Made by a program: the position numbers and the translations under genes. A stretch of DNA of 42,907 nt, the filler included, from a candidate division NPL-UPA2 bacterium Unc8 (GTDB lineage: Bacteria > NPL-UPA2): assembly GCA_003574845.1 (NCBI GenBank). It is 2 parts of 2 records of this genome, joined end to end, with 100 filler letters (N's around TTAATTAATTAA, not from the genome) between each part and the next. Parts side by side here need not be neighbours in the genome. Positions count along the whole stretch, not along the records: positions 1 to 12,722 come from NDHY01000004.1; 1 more part is not named here. The stretch is one strand, 5' to 3'. Of the stretch, positions 1 to 9,348 are shown piece after piece. Positions within the stretch are counted from its first letter, which is position 1, and each line of letters begins with the position of its first letter. The notes beneath the pieces were generated by a model that saw only the letters and a program-made list of their open reading frames with translations, was not told where the DNA came from and did not search any database.

Positions 1-40
1 GGGTAAAGATTTTGTTCAGGACAGACAGTATTAGAAAAAA

Positions 41-70
41 TGGGGTCAGGAGCCTTTTTTCCTGACCCCA
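41..70. repeat. Perfect 11-bp inverted repeat (REP-like palindrome) upstream of fabD
   Basis: TGGGGTCAGGA (41-51) and TCCTGACCCCA (60-70), 8-nt loop. Confidence 0.7.
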
Positions 71-94
71 CCTCATATAGGCTGGAGATTTGAG

Positions 95-1024
95 ATGGCA
101 AAAATTGGGTTTATTTTTCCCGGACAGGGTTCCCAGTATGTTGGAATGGGTAAAGAACTTTATGAATCTTACACCCAGGTCAGACAGATACTTAATAAGG
201 CGAATGAAGTACTGGGGACAGATTTGTCCCAACTCTGTTTTACCGGTCCAGAGGAAGTTCTTAAGGAGACAACAAACACGCAATTGGCAGTGCTATCAGT
301 AAGTGTTGGCTGTTTTGAACTGTTAAGGAACGAGGGGATTTGTCCTGACATTGTAGCTGGCCATAGCCTGGGTGAGTATACTGCTCTCGTCGCTGCCGGC
401 TCACTCAGCTTTCCTCAAGCATTAAAGCTGGTTCGCAAACGGGGAGAGTTTATGCAGGAGGCGGCTGCGCACCACCCCGGAGCAATGCTGGCAATTATCG
501 GAGCAGAAGAGAAAGTAATAAACGAAGCTTTGCTTCAGACAAGGACTGCCGGCACTGTCCGTATTGCCAATTTTAACTGCCCCGGACAGGTCGTCATCTC
601 CGGAGAGACCTCTGCCATCCAGCAAGTAAGAGACCTGGTGCTGAAGATTGGAGCAAAAAGAGCGATACTGCTGCCAATATCAGGCGCATTCCATTCACCA
701 CTGATGAAGGTGGCACAGGATAAGCTGAGGCAGGAAATAATTCCATTTACCATTAACTCACCTGAAATACCGGTAATAGCAAATGTAACTGCTGACTATA
801 TGAGTAGCCCGGAGACAATAAAAGAGTTACTGGTTGAACAGATAGCCAGCCCTGTACTGTGGGAAGACTCAATAAAAAAAATGGCTGCCGAGGGAGTGGA
901 TACCTTTATTGAAGCAGGCCCTGGAAGAGTGCTTACAGGGTTGGTGCGAAGGACAATTCCTACCGCTAAGTGCTTAAATGTAGAAGATGAGGCAACTTTT
1001 AGGAAAGTCCTGGCCTCAATATAA
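95..1024 (+). CDS. fabD: Malonyl-CoA:ACP transacylase
   Basis: FPGQGSQ at the N-terminus, GHSLGEY catalytic Ser motif, SGAFHSPLM, GPGRVL. Confidence 0.97.
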   Translation: MAKIGFIFPGQGSQYVGMGKELYESYTQVRQILNKANEVLGTDLSQLCFTGPEEVLKETTNTQLAVLSVSVGCFELLRNEGICPDIVAGHSLGEYTALVAAGSLSFPQALKLVRKRGEFMQEAAAHHPGAMLAIIGAEEKVINEALLQTRTAGTVRIANFNCPGQVVISGETSAIQQVRDLVLKIGAKRAILLPISGAFHSPLMKVAQDKLRQEIIPFTINSPEIPVIANVTADYMSSPETIKELLVEQIASPVLWEDSIKKMAAEGVDTFIEAGPGRVLTGLVRRTIPTAKCLNVEDEATFRKVLASI

Positions 1025-1045
1025 GTAGCACCTGCAACTCAATAA

Positions 1046-1117
1046 CTGCTCGGCCAGGGCTCGAACCTGGAATGCCAGATCCAAAATCTGGTGTGTTACC
1101 AGTTACACCACCGAGCA
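1046..1117 (-). tRNA. tRNA-Gln (TTG), CCA not encoded
   Basis: Reverse complement TGCTCGG...CCGAGCAG acceptor stem, CCAGA-TTTTGGA-TCTGG anticodon arm, GGTTCGAGCC T-arm. Confidence 0.93.
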
Positions 1118-1127
1118 AACTTTTAAA

Positions 1128-2333
1128 TTATTTCTTCAGGAACTCTTCCATTAGCTTCCAGCCGCGTTTTAGATGCAGGGCACCTTTACGAGCAGAAGGC
1201 TCATTGAAAGAATCCATTGCATCAGACTTTATATCATTTCCACAAAAAGCAAAAGGAACTGCATCGCGAGTATGTGTTCTTGAAGCCAATGCAGTAAGAT
1301 GGTCAGGAAGGACAAGAACCCGATATGCATTGAAATTACTCACTTCTTTTAAGATTGTTCCTACAATTTCCCTGTCAAAATCCTCAATGGCTCTTACTTT
1401 TGCTTTGATATTGCCCATGTGTCCTGCCTCATCAGGTGCCTGGATATGAACAAAAACAAGGTCTTTCTCTTCCAGTGACTTCAAGGCGGCGGCGGCAATT
1501 CCTTTATAATTGGTATCAAAGTACCCTGTTGCTCCAGCAACACTGATCACTTTCATACGAGCATAGCAGGCAATTCCCTTGACGACATCCACCTCTGAAA
1601 TAGCCGCACAGCTGATACCGAATCTTTCTTCAAATGAGGCAATGTTTGGTGCATAGCCCTGACCCCATAGCCAGATCATATTGCCGGGATTCTCGCCAAG
1701 ACTACAACGCACACTATTTACTTCGTGACTGCATAAAAGGTGATAGGATTGCTCCATAAGGCAGCGCAAAAGATTATTTCCCTTGCCACGCGGGAGATTT
1801 TTCTTTACCGATTGATTGAGAATATCATGAGGAGGAGTGCAATGCAGTGCACTCAGAGCAGCCGATTCCTCACTACGCCCAATGACCATCAGATGGCGAT
1901 AGCTAACTCCAGAGTAAAATCTGATATCTTCCCTTCCTAATTTCTCATCAATGAATTTAATAAGTACAGCAGACTCTTTATTTGATATATGTCCGGCACT
2001 GTAGTCAACGAGGATATCATCATTAACAGTTACCAGATTACATCTAAAAGCAATGTCATCTTCTTTAAGCTCTACTCCCATACTTATTGCCTCCAACGGG
2101 CCTCTCCCACTATAATATTTATTAGGGTCATACCCAAGGAGAGAAAGTATCGCTACATCGCTGGAAGGAATGAACTTAGGAGGAACCATCACAGCCGTTC
2201 CCCCCCTACCCTCGCGGGCAATGAAGTCCATATGAGGAGTGCGGGCAAACTCAAGCGGAGTCTTGCCGCCAAGCTCGCTAATGGGATGGTCAGCTATTCC
2301 ATCCCCGACAAATACCACATATTTTTTCATCAT
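1128..2333 (-). CDS. apgM: Cofactor-independent phosphoglycerate mutase, ApgM family
   Basis: GDGIAD, GKTPLE, GRGPLEA, APDEAGH and PDH metalloenzyme motifs. Confidence 0.88.
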   Translation of the reverse strand: MMKKYVVFVGDGIADHPISELGGKTPLEFARTPHMDFIAREGRGGTAVMVPPKFIPSSDVAILSLLGYDPNKYYSGRGPLEAISMGVELKEDDIAFRCNLVTVNDDILVDYSAGHISNKESAVLIKFIDEKLGREDIRFYSGVSYRHLMVIGRSEESAALSALHCTPPHDILNQSVKKNLPRGKGNNLLRCLMEQSYHLLCSHEVNSVRCSLGENPGNMIWLWGQGYAPNIASFEERFGISCAAISEVDVVKGIACYARMKVISVAGATGYFDTNYKGIAAAALKSLEEKDLVFVHIQAPDEAGHMGNIKAKVRAIEDFDREIVGTILKEVSNFNAYRVLVLPDHLTALASRTHTRDAVPFAFCGNDIKSDAMDSFNEPSARKGALHLKRGWKLMEEFLKK

Positions 2334-2358
2334 TTAGCACTACTAACAGCCATTAGCT

Positions 2359-2460
2359 TATTCGGGGTCAGGGACGACCCCGAATACTGGATTCCCGCGT
2401 CCGCGGGAATGACAATTGTGAACCGTGAACCTTGAACCTTGAACCTTGAACCTTGAACCT
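2359..2460. repeat. Composite intergenic repeat: two palindromes and six TGAACC(G/T) heptamers
   Basis: TATTCGGGGTC/GACCCCGAATA (2359-2386), ATTCCCGCG/CGCGGGAAT (2391-2410), tandem heptamers at 2419-2460. Confidence 0.85.
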
Positions 2461-2476
2461 ACCATCCCCTATCCTC

Positions 2477-3541
2477 TCAGCCTTCAATATTTGCAGCTTT
2501 AAGGACGTCTCCTATATTGGCAGGAACAATTTTTGGTTCCTCAGTAACTTTTACCGCCCGCTCCGGATCTTTTAATCCATGTCCGGTTAAAATGCAAACC
2601 ACGCGGGCTGCCTTCTTGAAATATCCCTGACGGCAGAGCTTAATCATACCCGCCACCCCGGCAGCGGAGGCAGGTTCAACAAAAATACCCTCCAGGGCCG
2701 CCAACATCTGGTAGGCATCTAAAATTTCATCATCACTTACCGCAGATATTATTCCCTGAGACTCATCACGCGCTGCCTCAGCCTCCTGCCAGTTAGCAGG
2801 ATTGCCAATTCTGATTGCCGTAGCAACGGTCTCGGGATTTTCAATAACTTCTCCTCTGACAATGGGCGCCGCTCCCGCAGCCTGAAACCCCATCATACGT
2901 GGGAGTTTTTTAGCCTTACCTGCCTGATGATACTCTTTATACCCCTTCCAATAAGCGACAATGTTACCGGCATTCCCCACCGGTATAAATTGATAATCCG
3001 GGGCACCTCCCAACTCATCAACAATCTCAAAGGCACCTGTTTTTTGCCCCTCAATGCGGTCGGGGTTGAGAGAATTGACCAGAGTAATTGGGTATTTGGC
3101 AACAATCTCTTTTGTCAATCTTAGCGCATCGTCAAAATTTCCATCAATGGCAAGAATTCTGGCAGAATGGATTAGTGCCTGAGCTAACTTGCCAAGAGCA
3201 ATCGCTCCTTTTGGAATCAGAGCAATGCACTTAATGTTTGCTCTGGCAGCATAGGCAGCAGCAGAAGCCGAGGTGTTCCCCGTTGAAGCGCAGATTATCG
3301 CTTTCTGCCCCTTTTCAGCCGCCCTGGAAACAGCTACCGTCATCCCACGATCTTTGAAGGAGCCAGTAGGATTTAGCCCCTCCACTTTGAGAAATATCTC
3401 CAGATTTGTTTTAAGGAAAAACCTCAAGTTATCTGCTCTCACAAGCGGAGTATTACCCTCTTGCAATGAAATTACTGCAGATTTATCTATAGCCGGAAGA
3501 TGCTCCCGATACCGTTCAATAATTCCTCGCCACATCATCAT
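2477..3541 (-). CDS. thrC: Threonine synthase
   Basis: EGNTPL, NPTGSFKDRG PLP-lysine motif, ASTGNTSAS, PVGNAGN, TGHGLKD. Confidence 0.96.
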   Translation of the reverse strand: MMMWRGIIERYREHLPAIDKSAVISLQEGNTPLVRADNLRFFLKTNLEIFLKVEGLNPTGSFKDRGMTVAVSRAAEKGQKAIICASTGNTSASAAAYAARANIKCIALIPKGAIALGKLAQALIHSARILAIDGNFDDALRLTKEIVAKYPITLVNSLNPDRIEGQKTGAFEIVDELGGAPDYQFIPVGNAGNIVAYWKGYKEYHQAGKAKKLPRMMGFQAAGAAPIVRGEVIENPETVATAIRIGNPANWQEAEAARDESQGIISAVSDDEILDAYQMLAALEGIFVEPASAAGVAGMIKLCRQGYFKKAARVVCILTGHGLKDPERAVKVTEEPKIVPANIGDVLKAANIEG

Positions 3542-4710
3542 AAGTTAAGTGCTTTTTTTATTCCCCTCACTGCCTGACGGATGCGATATTCGTTTTCAAC
3601 AAGAGCAAATCTTACATACCCCTCTCCATTTTTTCCAAATCCAATGCCTGGAGCAACGGCAACTTCGCCCTTGCGCAATAGAAGAGAGGAAAAATCAAGA
3701 GAACCCATCTCTTGAAAAGCAGGAGGTATTTTTGCCCACACATACATCGTTGCCTTCGGGAGAGAAACTTCCCACTTAATGTTATTTAACCCTTTTACCA
3801 GTACATCCCGGCGGCGACGGTAAGTTTCAGCTATCTCTCCTACGCACTCCTGGGGACCACGCAGGGCAGCAATGGAGGCAACCTGAATAGGGGTAAATAT
3901 TCCATAATCATAATAACCTTTAATCCTGGTCAATGCTTTAAGTATTTTTTTATTTCCCAGGGCAAAGCCCACTCTCCAGCCTGCCATATTGTATGACTTA
4001 GAGAGCGTATAGAACTCAATGCCAATCTCTTTTGCCCCCTTTGCCTGAAGAAAACTCGGGGCGCGATATCCATCAAAACAAATGTCAGCATATGCCAGGT
4101 CATGAACAACAATGAGCCTCCTCTTTCGGGCAAATGCAACCACTTCAGTAAAAAAAGAAGGGTCTGCTGTCTGAGTCGTCGGATTATGAGGGTAATTAAT
4201 AACAACCATTCTTATCTTACGGGATGGAAGCTTCTTTAAAGCAGCAATAAATTCATCCCCGGTATTAGATGAAATCCCTCGCATTTTCCCTCCGGCAATG
4301 GCAATACTGTAGATATATGAAGGGTATGCAGGATCCTGGATAACAACGGCATCTCCTTTATTAATAACTGCCAGCATAAGATGGCTTATCCCTTCTTTGG
4401 AGCCAATCGTTACCAGCGCTTCACTTTCCGGGTCAAGAGTTACCGAGAATTTTTTCTCATAGTGCTCGCAAATTGCTCTTCTTAAGTGCTTTATTCCGCA
4501 TGAGGCAGAATATTTATGCACCTTCTGGTCATGAGCAACATCACAGAGTTTTTCAATAATGTGCTCGGCTGGTGGCTGATCAGGATTTCCCATTCCGAGG
4601 TCAATAACATCTACTCCTCGCTGTCTTGCTTCTAACTTTTCCTGATTAATCTTCCCAAACATGTAGGGAGGCAAATTTGCTATCCTTTTAGATTCGTATG
4701 TAATGCTCAC
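3538..4710 (-). CDS. PLP-dependent aminotransferase class I/II (AlaC- or DapL-like)
   Basis: LGMGNPD, GSKEG, NYPHNPT, DLAY, SKSYNMAGWRVG. Confidence 0.9.
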   Translation of the reverse strand: MSITYESKRIANLPPYMFGKINQEKLEARQRGVDVIDLGMGNPDQPPAEHIIEKLCDVAHDQKVHKYSASCGIKHLRRAICEHYEKKFSVTLDPESEALVTIGSKEGISHLMLAVINKGDAVVIQDPAYPSYIYSIAIAGGKMRGISSNTGDEFIAALKKLPSRKIRMVVINYPHNPTTQTADPSFFTEVVAFARKRRLIVVHDLAYADICFDGYRAPSFLQAKGAKEIGIEFYTLSKSYNMAGWRVGFALGNKKILKALTRIKGYYDYGIFTPIQVASIAALRGPQECVGEIAETYRRRRDVLVKGLNNIKWEVSLPKATMYVWAKIPPAFQEMGSLDFSSLLLRKGEVAVAPGIGFGKNGEGYVRFALVENEYRIRQAVRGIKKALNL

Positions 4711-4719
4711 AAAACACCT

Positions 4720-6357
4720 CTACATCTTCTCACAGGGAGGTATTCCCAGAAGAGTTAGTCCATTTGCTATCACTGTTTTAACTGCCACCACAAGCCTGAG
4801 TCGCGCTTGTGTTAGCTGTTGATTATCAGGGTTTATCACTCTGAAGTGATTGTAGTAGTTGTGAAATGCCTTTGCCAAATCCTGAAGATACCCGGTTACT
4901 GGCTGCGGCTCCACATTTTTAGCACAACCTGTGATAACATCAGGAAATTGAGCAAGTTTTTTCATTATGGCAATCTCTTCTTCCTCTCGTAGAAAGGATA
5001 AATCCGCGTCTTTCCCAGGGGCAATTGCGTTCTCCCGGGCAACTTTCATAATACTGGCACTGCGGGCATGAACATACTGAACATAATAAACAGGGTTCTC
5101 AAGGGATTCGCTTTTTGCCAGTTCTATGTCAAAGTTAAGATGACTATCTGTTTTTCGCATTAAGAAGAAAAATCTGGCTACGTCTCCTCCTACTTCATGC
5201 AACACCTGGCGCAAAGTAATAAACTCACCCTTCCTTGTAGACATTGATATCTTTTCTTTCCCGCGATAAAGACTCACTAACTGGACAATGATAATTTTTA
5301 GCTTTCCTCTATCATGCCCTAATGCCGTGAGTGCCGCCCAAAGGCGCGGAGAATAGCCATGGTGGTCAGGTCCAAAGAGGTCAATTAACAGGTCAAAACC
5401 TCTCTCGTATTTTTGGTGGTGATAAGCAATATCAGGAGCAATATAGGTTGGCTCCTTATTTCTTCTCCTAATTACCCTGTCTTTTTCATCTCCAAATAAA
5501 GATGACCTGAGCCATAAAGCGCCCTCCTCTTCATAGACTTCTCCTGCTTTCCTCAATTCTTCAATCACCCTATCTACCGCACCACTTTCATAAAGGTCTT
5601 TCTCCTTGATCCAGCTGTCAAAATCCACCCTGAACTCTGATAAGTCCTGTTTAATTCCAGCGAATATCCTCTTCTCAGCAAATGAGGAAAAAAAGTCAAT
5701 ATCTTTTTTTGCTTCATCGTTAGTTATTTCCCGTGCTAATTCTCTAAGATATTCCCCATGATAGCCATCTTCACCAATATCTGCCTTTGCCCCGGAAGCC
5801 TCCTTGTAGCGAGCATAGAGGGATCTCCCTAAAAGCTCCATCTGCCTGCCGCTATCATTATAATAGTACTCTTTTACTACCGTGTATCCAGCCATTCTCA
5901 GTATGCGAGCTATGGCATCCCCGACAGCGGCGTGGCGACCGTGAGCAACGGTCAGGGGTCCGGTAGGATTGGCACTGACAAACTCCAAAAGAACCCTTTT
6001 TCCTTCCCCAAAATTAGAGCACCCATAGCGACTACCTTCTCTTATTATCCGGTTAATGATTGGATAGAAAATTTCCGGTTTAAAGAAAAAATTGATGAAT
6101 CCTGGAGGAGCCACTTCAATGCGGCTAAAAACCGGGGAGCGGAAAGCAATGAGCTTCACAATATCCTCAGCTATTTTAAGTGGCGGTAATCCACTCTGCT
6201 TTGCCAACTGGAGAGCAACATTAGTTGATAGGTCCCCGTGCCGGGTCTCGTGTGGAATCTCTAAATATGGGCTGGGGAACTGCCTCATTCCAGTTTTTTC
6301 CCCAATTTTTACAAGAGCCTCTTTAAGCAGGCTAGATGTTTCTTTAACTAAAATCAA
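4720..6357 (-). CDS. argS: Arginine--tRNA ligase
   Basis: EFVSANPTGPL, GPDHHGY, MSTRKG, NPVYYVQYVHAR, C-terminal EKM. Confidence 0.96.
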   Translation of the reverse strand: MILVKETSSLLKEALVKIGEKTGMRQFPSPYLEIPHETRHGDLSTNVALQLAKQSGLPPLKIAEDIVKLIAFRSPVFSRIEVAPPGFINFFFKPEIFYPIINRIIREGSRYGCSNFGEGKRVLLEFVSANPTGPLTVAHGRHAAVGDAIARILRMAGYTVVKEYYYNDSGRQMELLGRSLYARYKEASGAKADIGEDGYHGEYLRELAREITNDEAKKDIDFFSSFAEKRIFAGIKQDLSEFRVDFDSWIKEKDLYESGAVDRVIEELRKAGEVYEEEGALWLRSSLFGDEKDRVIRRRNKEPTYIAPDIAYHHQKYERGFDLLIDLFGPDHHGYSPRLWAALTALGHDRGKLKIIIVQLVSLYRGKEKISMSTRKGEFITLRQVLHEVGGDVARFFFLMRKTDSHLNFDIELAKSESLENPVYYVQYVHARSASIMKVARENAIAPGKDADLSFLREEEEIAIMKKLAQFPDVITGCAKNVEPQPVTGYLQDLAKAFHNYYNHFRVINPDNQQLTQARLRLVVAVKTVIANGLTLLGIPPCEKM

Positions 6358-7472
6358 GATTTCTTTCCCTGGCCCTTTCTCTTCAAGGTCCTCAGGAAAA
6401 CATCAACTACAACCGGGTCAAACTGAGTGCCACTATTATCCTTAAGCTCTTTCACCGCCTCCTGGTGAGAGTAGGCGCCACGGTATGGTCTTCTGGATGT
6501 CATTGCCTGATAGGCATCGACAACACTGAGTATTTTTGCCTCCAGAGATATTTTTTTATCCTTTAATCCGTCTGGATAGCCTGTTCCATTATACCTCTCC
6601 TGATGTTGCCTTACAAAGGTGATCACGTCTTTAAGAAAGTGAAGAGGCTTGAGAATCTCCTCTCCACGGCGCGGATGAGTCTTTACTATCTGCCATTCCG
6701 AATCGGCAAGAGAGGATGGTTTAAGCAGGATATAATCAGGAATTCCAATCTTACCAATATCATGAAGAAGAGCGGCATATTCAAGGCCCTTCAATCTTTC
6801 AGTGGAAAAGCCTAATTTTTTTCCACAAGCACAGGCATATTCAGCGACTTCCCGAGAGTGCCCCGCCGTGTATTCATCGCGAGCATCAATGGCGGATGAG
6901 AGAGCGGCGATTGATGAAATGTAAGCCTCTTTTGCCTCCCCATAAAGACGGGCTTTATCAAGAGCAATTGCGCACTGTTCTGCGAGGAAAGACATAAAAT
7001 CTTTGGCATCCTGATTAAGATAATCTACTTTTCTTTTTGTATAAATACTTAGAGCCCCGACTACCTTTCCCTTGACTATAAGGGGGGTACAGAGAAAAGA
7101 TCTCATTCCTTCTTCCCGCATCAGCTCAAAGGAAGTATGCAATTTATCTTGAGTCAGGTCCACCGTAATCATTCTTTTCTCCTGCACTGCCAATCCGGCA
7201 AGGCTCTCTCCTACCCTTAATTTTTTTTGGCGACGCAGGTACTCGTTGCTATGACCAACAGATGACCTTGGCACAAGCCATCCCCTTTCCAGAAGCCTCA
7301 ATGAGCAGACGTCAGCCCTTGTTATCTCTTGCGTTTTCCTTACGATTGTTCGCAATACATCATCTAAATTTATCTCGGAAGATATTGCACTGCTAACCTT
7401 AAGCAGAGCGGAAAAGTAGTCAGCTCTTCGCTCCATTTCCTCCATTTCACTTTTTTCTTCTTTTTCTGACAT
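6354..7472 (-). CDS. GAF + HD-GYP domain protein (putative c-di-GMP phosphodiesterase)
   Basis: N-terminal GAF-like region (G.SLAG, SFLCTPL, VGAL), then HS, LLHDIGKIG, GTGYPDGL, RPYR, GTQFDP; purine-rich RBS upstream. Confidence 0.9.
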   Translation of the reverse strand: MSEKEEKSEMEEMERRADYFSALLKVSSAISSEINLDDVLRTIVRKTQEITRADVCSLRLLERGWLVPRSSVGHSNEYLRRQKKLRVGESLAGLAVQEKRMITVDLTQDKLHTSFELMREEGMRSFLCTPLIVKGKVVGALSIYTKRKVDYLNQDAKDFMSFLAEQCAIALDKARLYGEAKEAYISSIAALSSAIDARDEYTAGHSREVAEYACACGKKLGFSTERLKGLEYAALLHDIGKIGIPDYILLKPSSLADSEWQIVKTHPRRGEEILKPLHFLKDVITFVRQHQERYNGTGYPDGLKDKKISLEAKILSVVDAYQAMTSRRPYRGAYSHQEAVKELKDNSGTQFDPVVVDVFLRTLKRKGQGKKS

Positions 7473-8068
7473 GACTCCCCCTCCTTTTCAGTATATAGAC
7501 TATATCGCCTGATATATTCCTCCACCTCAAGAGTAACCAGATATCTGATACTTTTTCCCTCCTTTATTCTCTTGCGGACATCTGTTGCTGAAATTCCTAT
7601 TTCCGGAATCTTCATTATGTGAGAACGCTTGCGTACCGCCGGATTGATTTCCTCAACATTAAACCCTGGTCTTAAGGCAACAATAAACTCACACAGCTTA
7701 AGCAACTCATCAACGTTCTTCCAGCTTTCTATCTCCAGCATAGAGTCAACCCCGACAATGAAATAAATCTGAGCTTCCTTGCCATAGGCAGCCAGGAGCC
7801 TCTCCACTGTCTCTACGGAGTAGGATTTTCCTCCTCTTTCTATCTCCAATGAAGAAATAGAAAAGAGCGGATTAGAGCGTGTTGCGAGACGAGTCATCTC
7901 ATACCGAGCCTTTGCAGGAGCAATATCAGAGCTGTCCTTATGAGGAGGAGTCCCTGACGGAATAAAAACTATGTTGTCAAGCTTGAACTGGTCTCCTGCT
8001 TCAGCGGCTACAACGAGATGGCCATAATGAATGGGGTTAAATGTTCCCCCCATAATACCAATTCGCAT
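7370..8068 (-). CDS. nadD: Nicotinate-nucleotide adenylyltransferase
   Basis: GGTFNPIHYGH, PPHK, ISATDVR; the C-terminal tail overlaps the next gene by 103 nt. Confidence 0.95.
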   Translation of the reverse strand: MRIGIMGGTFNPIHYGHLVVAAEAGDQFKLDNIVFIPSGTPPHKDSSDIAPAKARYEMTRLATRSNPLFSISSLEIERGGKSYSVETVERLLAAYGKEAQIYFIVGVDSMLEIESWKNVDELLKLCEFIVALRPGFNVEEINPAVRKRSHIMKIPEIGISATDVRKRIKEGKSIRYLVTLEVEEYIRRYSLYTEKEGESCQKKKKKVKWRKWSEELTTFPLCLRLAVQYLPR

Positions 8069-8088
8069 CTTTCCCAGCCTTCTACTCT

Positions 8089-9348
8089 CTACTTTAGTCT
8101 TATCTGTCCTTCTCCCTGAATAACGTACTTATAGCTTGTCAACTCTTCCAGCCCCATCGGGCCGCGGGCATGAAGCTTATCAGTGCTAATTCCAATTTCT
8201 GCCCCCATTCCGAACTGACCACCATCGGTAAAACGCGTGGAAGCATTTACATAAACACAGGCGGCGTCCACCACTTGCAAGAAATTTTTCGCAGCACGAT
8301 AGCTGTCAGTAACAATCGCCTCAGAGTGCCCGGAGCCATATTTCTCTATGTGCGCAATTGCCGCCTCCAGATTAGAGACAATTCTAATGGAGAGAATTAA
8401 GTCAAGGTATTCTGTCTTCCAGTCATCTTCTACCGCTTCCCTTGCTTCCGGAATCATCTTTCTTGTCTCTGCGCACCCTCTTATCTCTACACCTGCCTTA
8501 AGCAATCTCTTGCTAAAGGACGGAAGGAATTTTTTTGCAATACCCCGATGAACAAGGAGCGTCTCCATAGCGTTACATACTCCGGGACGAGAAACTTTGG
8601 CATTAAATGCTATTTCCTCTGCCATCTTCAGGTCTGCTGCTTCATCAATATAGGTGTGACAGATACCCTGGTAATGCTTGATAACAGGAATGGTTGAGAA
8701 CTCACCTACCATCCGAATCAATCCTTCTCCGCCACGTGGAATTACCAGGTCAATCCACTGCGATAGACCAAGTAACTCTTTCACTGCCTTCCGCTCTACT
8801 TTTCTTACTATCTGAATCGCACCTCTCGGAATGCCAACTTCCTCTGCTGCCTCCGAGATAAGGTGTGCAAGAATCACATTTGTGTGAGTTGCTTCCGAGC
8901 CGCCGCGTAAGATGACACTGTTTCCTGATTTTAAGCATAACCCGGCAGCATCAACGGTCACATTCGGTCTTGACTCATAAATAATTACAAGGACTCCAAT
9001 TGGCACTCTTACCTTGCTAATCTCCAGATCATTTGGGGTTTTCCACGACTTGATAGTCTCACCTATGGGGTCAGGCAAATCTGCAATCTTCTCCAGACCA
9101 CTTGAGATTTCCTCAACCCTTGCCGATGTAAGCATCAGCCGGTCAAGAAGTGCCCGTGAGATGCCCTTTCTTTCCGCCTCCTTAATATCAATCTCATTTT
9201 CGGCAAGAATTACTTTATTCTCCTTTCTAATAGCTCTTGCCATGTTTATCAGGGCTTTGTTTTTTACTTCTGTCGAGAGATTGGCTAACCCCTTTGCCGC
9301 TTCCCTTGCTGCCATGGCAATGTGGAACATTTCCTCCTTAAGTGTCAT
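8089..9348 (-). CDS. proA: Gamma-glutamyl phosphate reductase
   Basis: IYESRPNVT, LRGGSEA, VCNAMETLL, NASTRFTDGG, HARGPMGL. Confidence 0.97.
   Translation of the reverse strand: MTLKEEMFHIAMAAREAAKGLANLSTEVKNKALINMARAIRKENKVILAENEIDIKEAERKGISRALLDRLMLTSARVEEISSGLEKIADLPDPIGETIKSWKTPNDLEISKVRVPIGVLVIIYESRPNVTVDAAGLCLKSGNSVILRGGSEATHTNVILAHLISEAAEEVGIPRGAIQIVRKVERKAVKELLGLSQWIDLVIPRGGEGLIRMVGEFSTIPVIKHYQGICHTYIDEAADLKMAEEIAFNAKVSRPGVCNAMETLLVHRGIAKKFLPSFSKRLLKAGVEIRGCAETRKMIPEAREAVEDDWKTEYLDLILSIRIVSNLEAAIAHIEKYGSGHSEAIVTDSYRAAKNFLQVVDAACVYVNASTRFTDGGQFGMGAEIGISTDKLHARGPMGLEELTSYKYVIQGEGQIRLK

Noticed and set aside
1-33. Possible 3' end of an upstream gene (GKDFVQDRQY*)
   Set aside because: Too short to assign.
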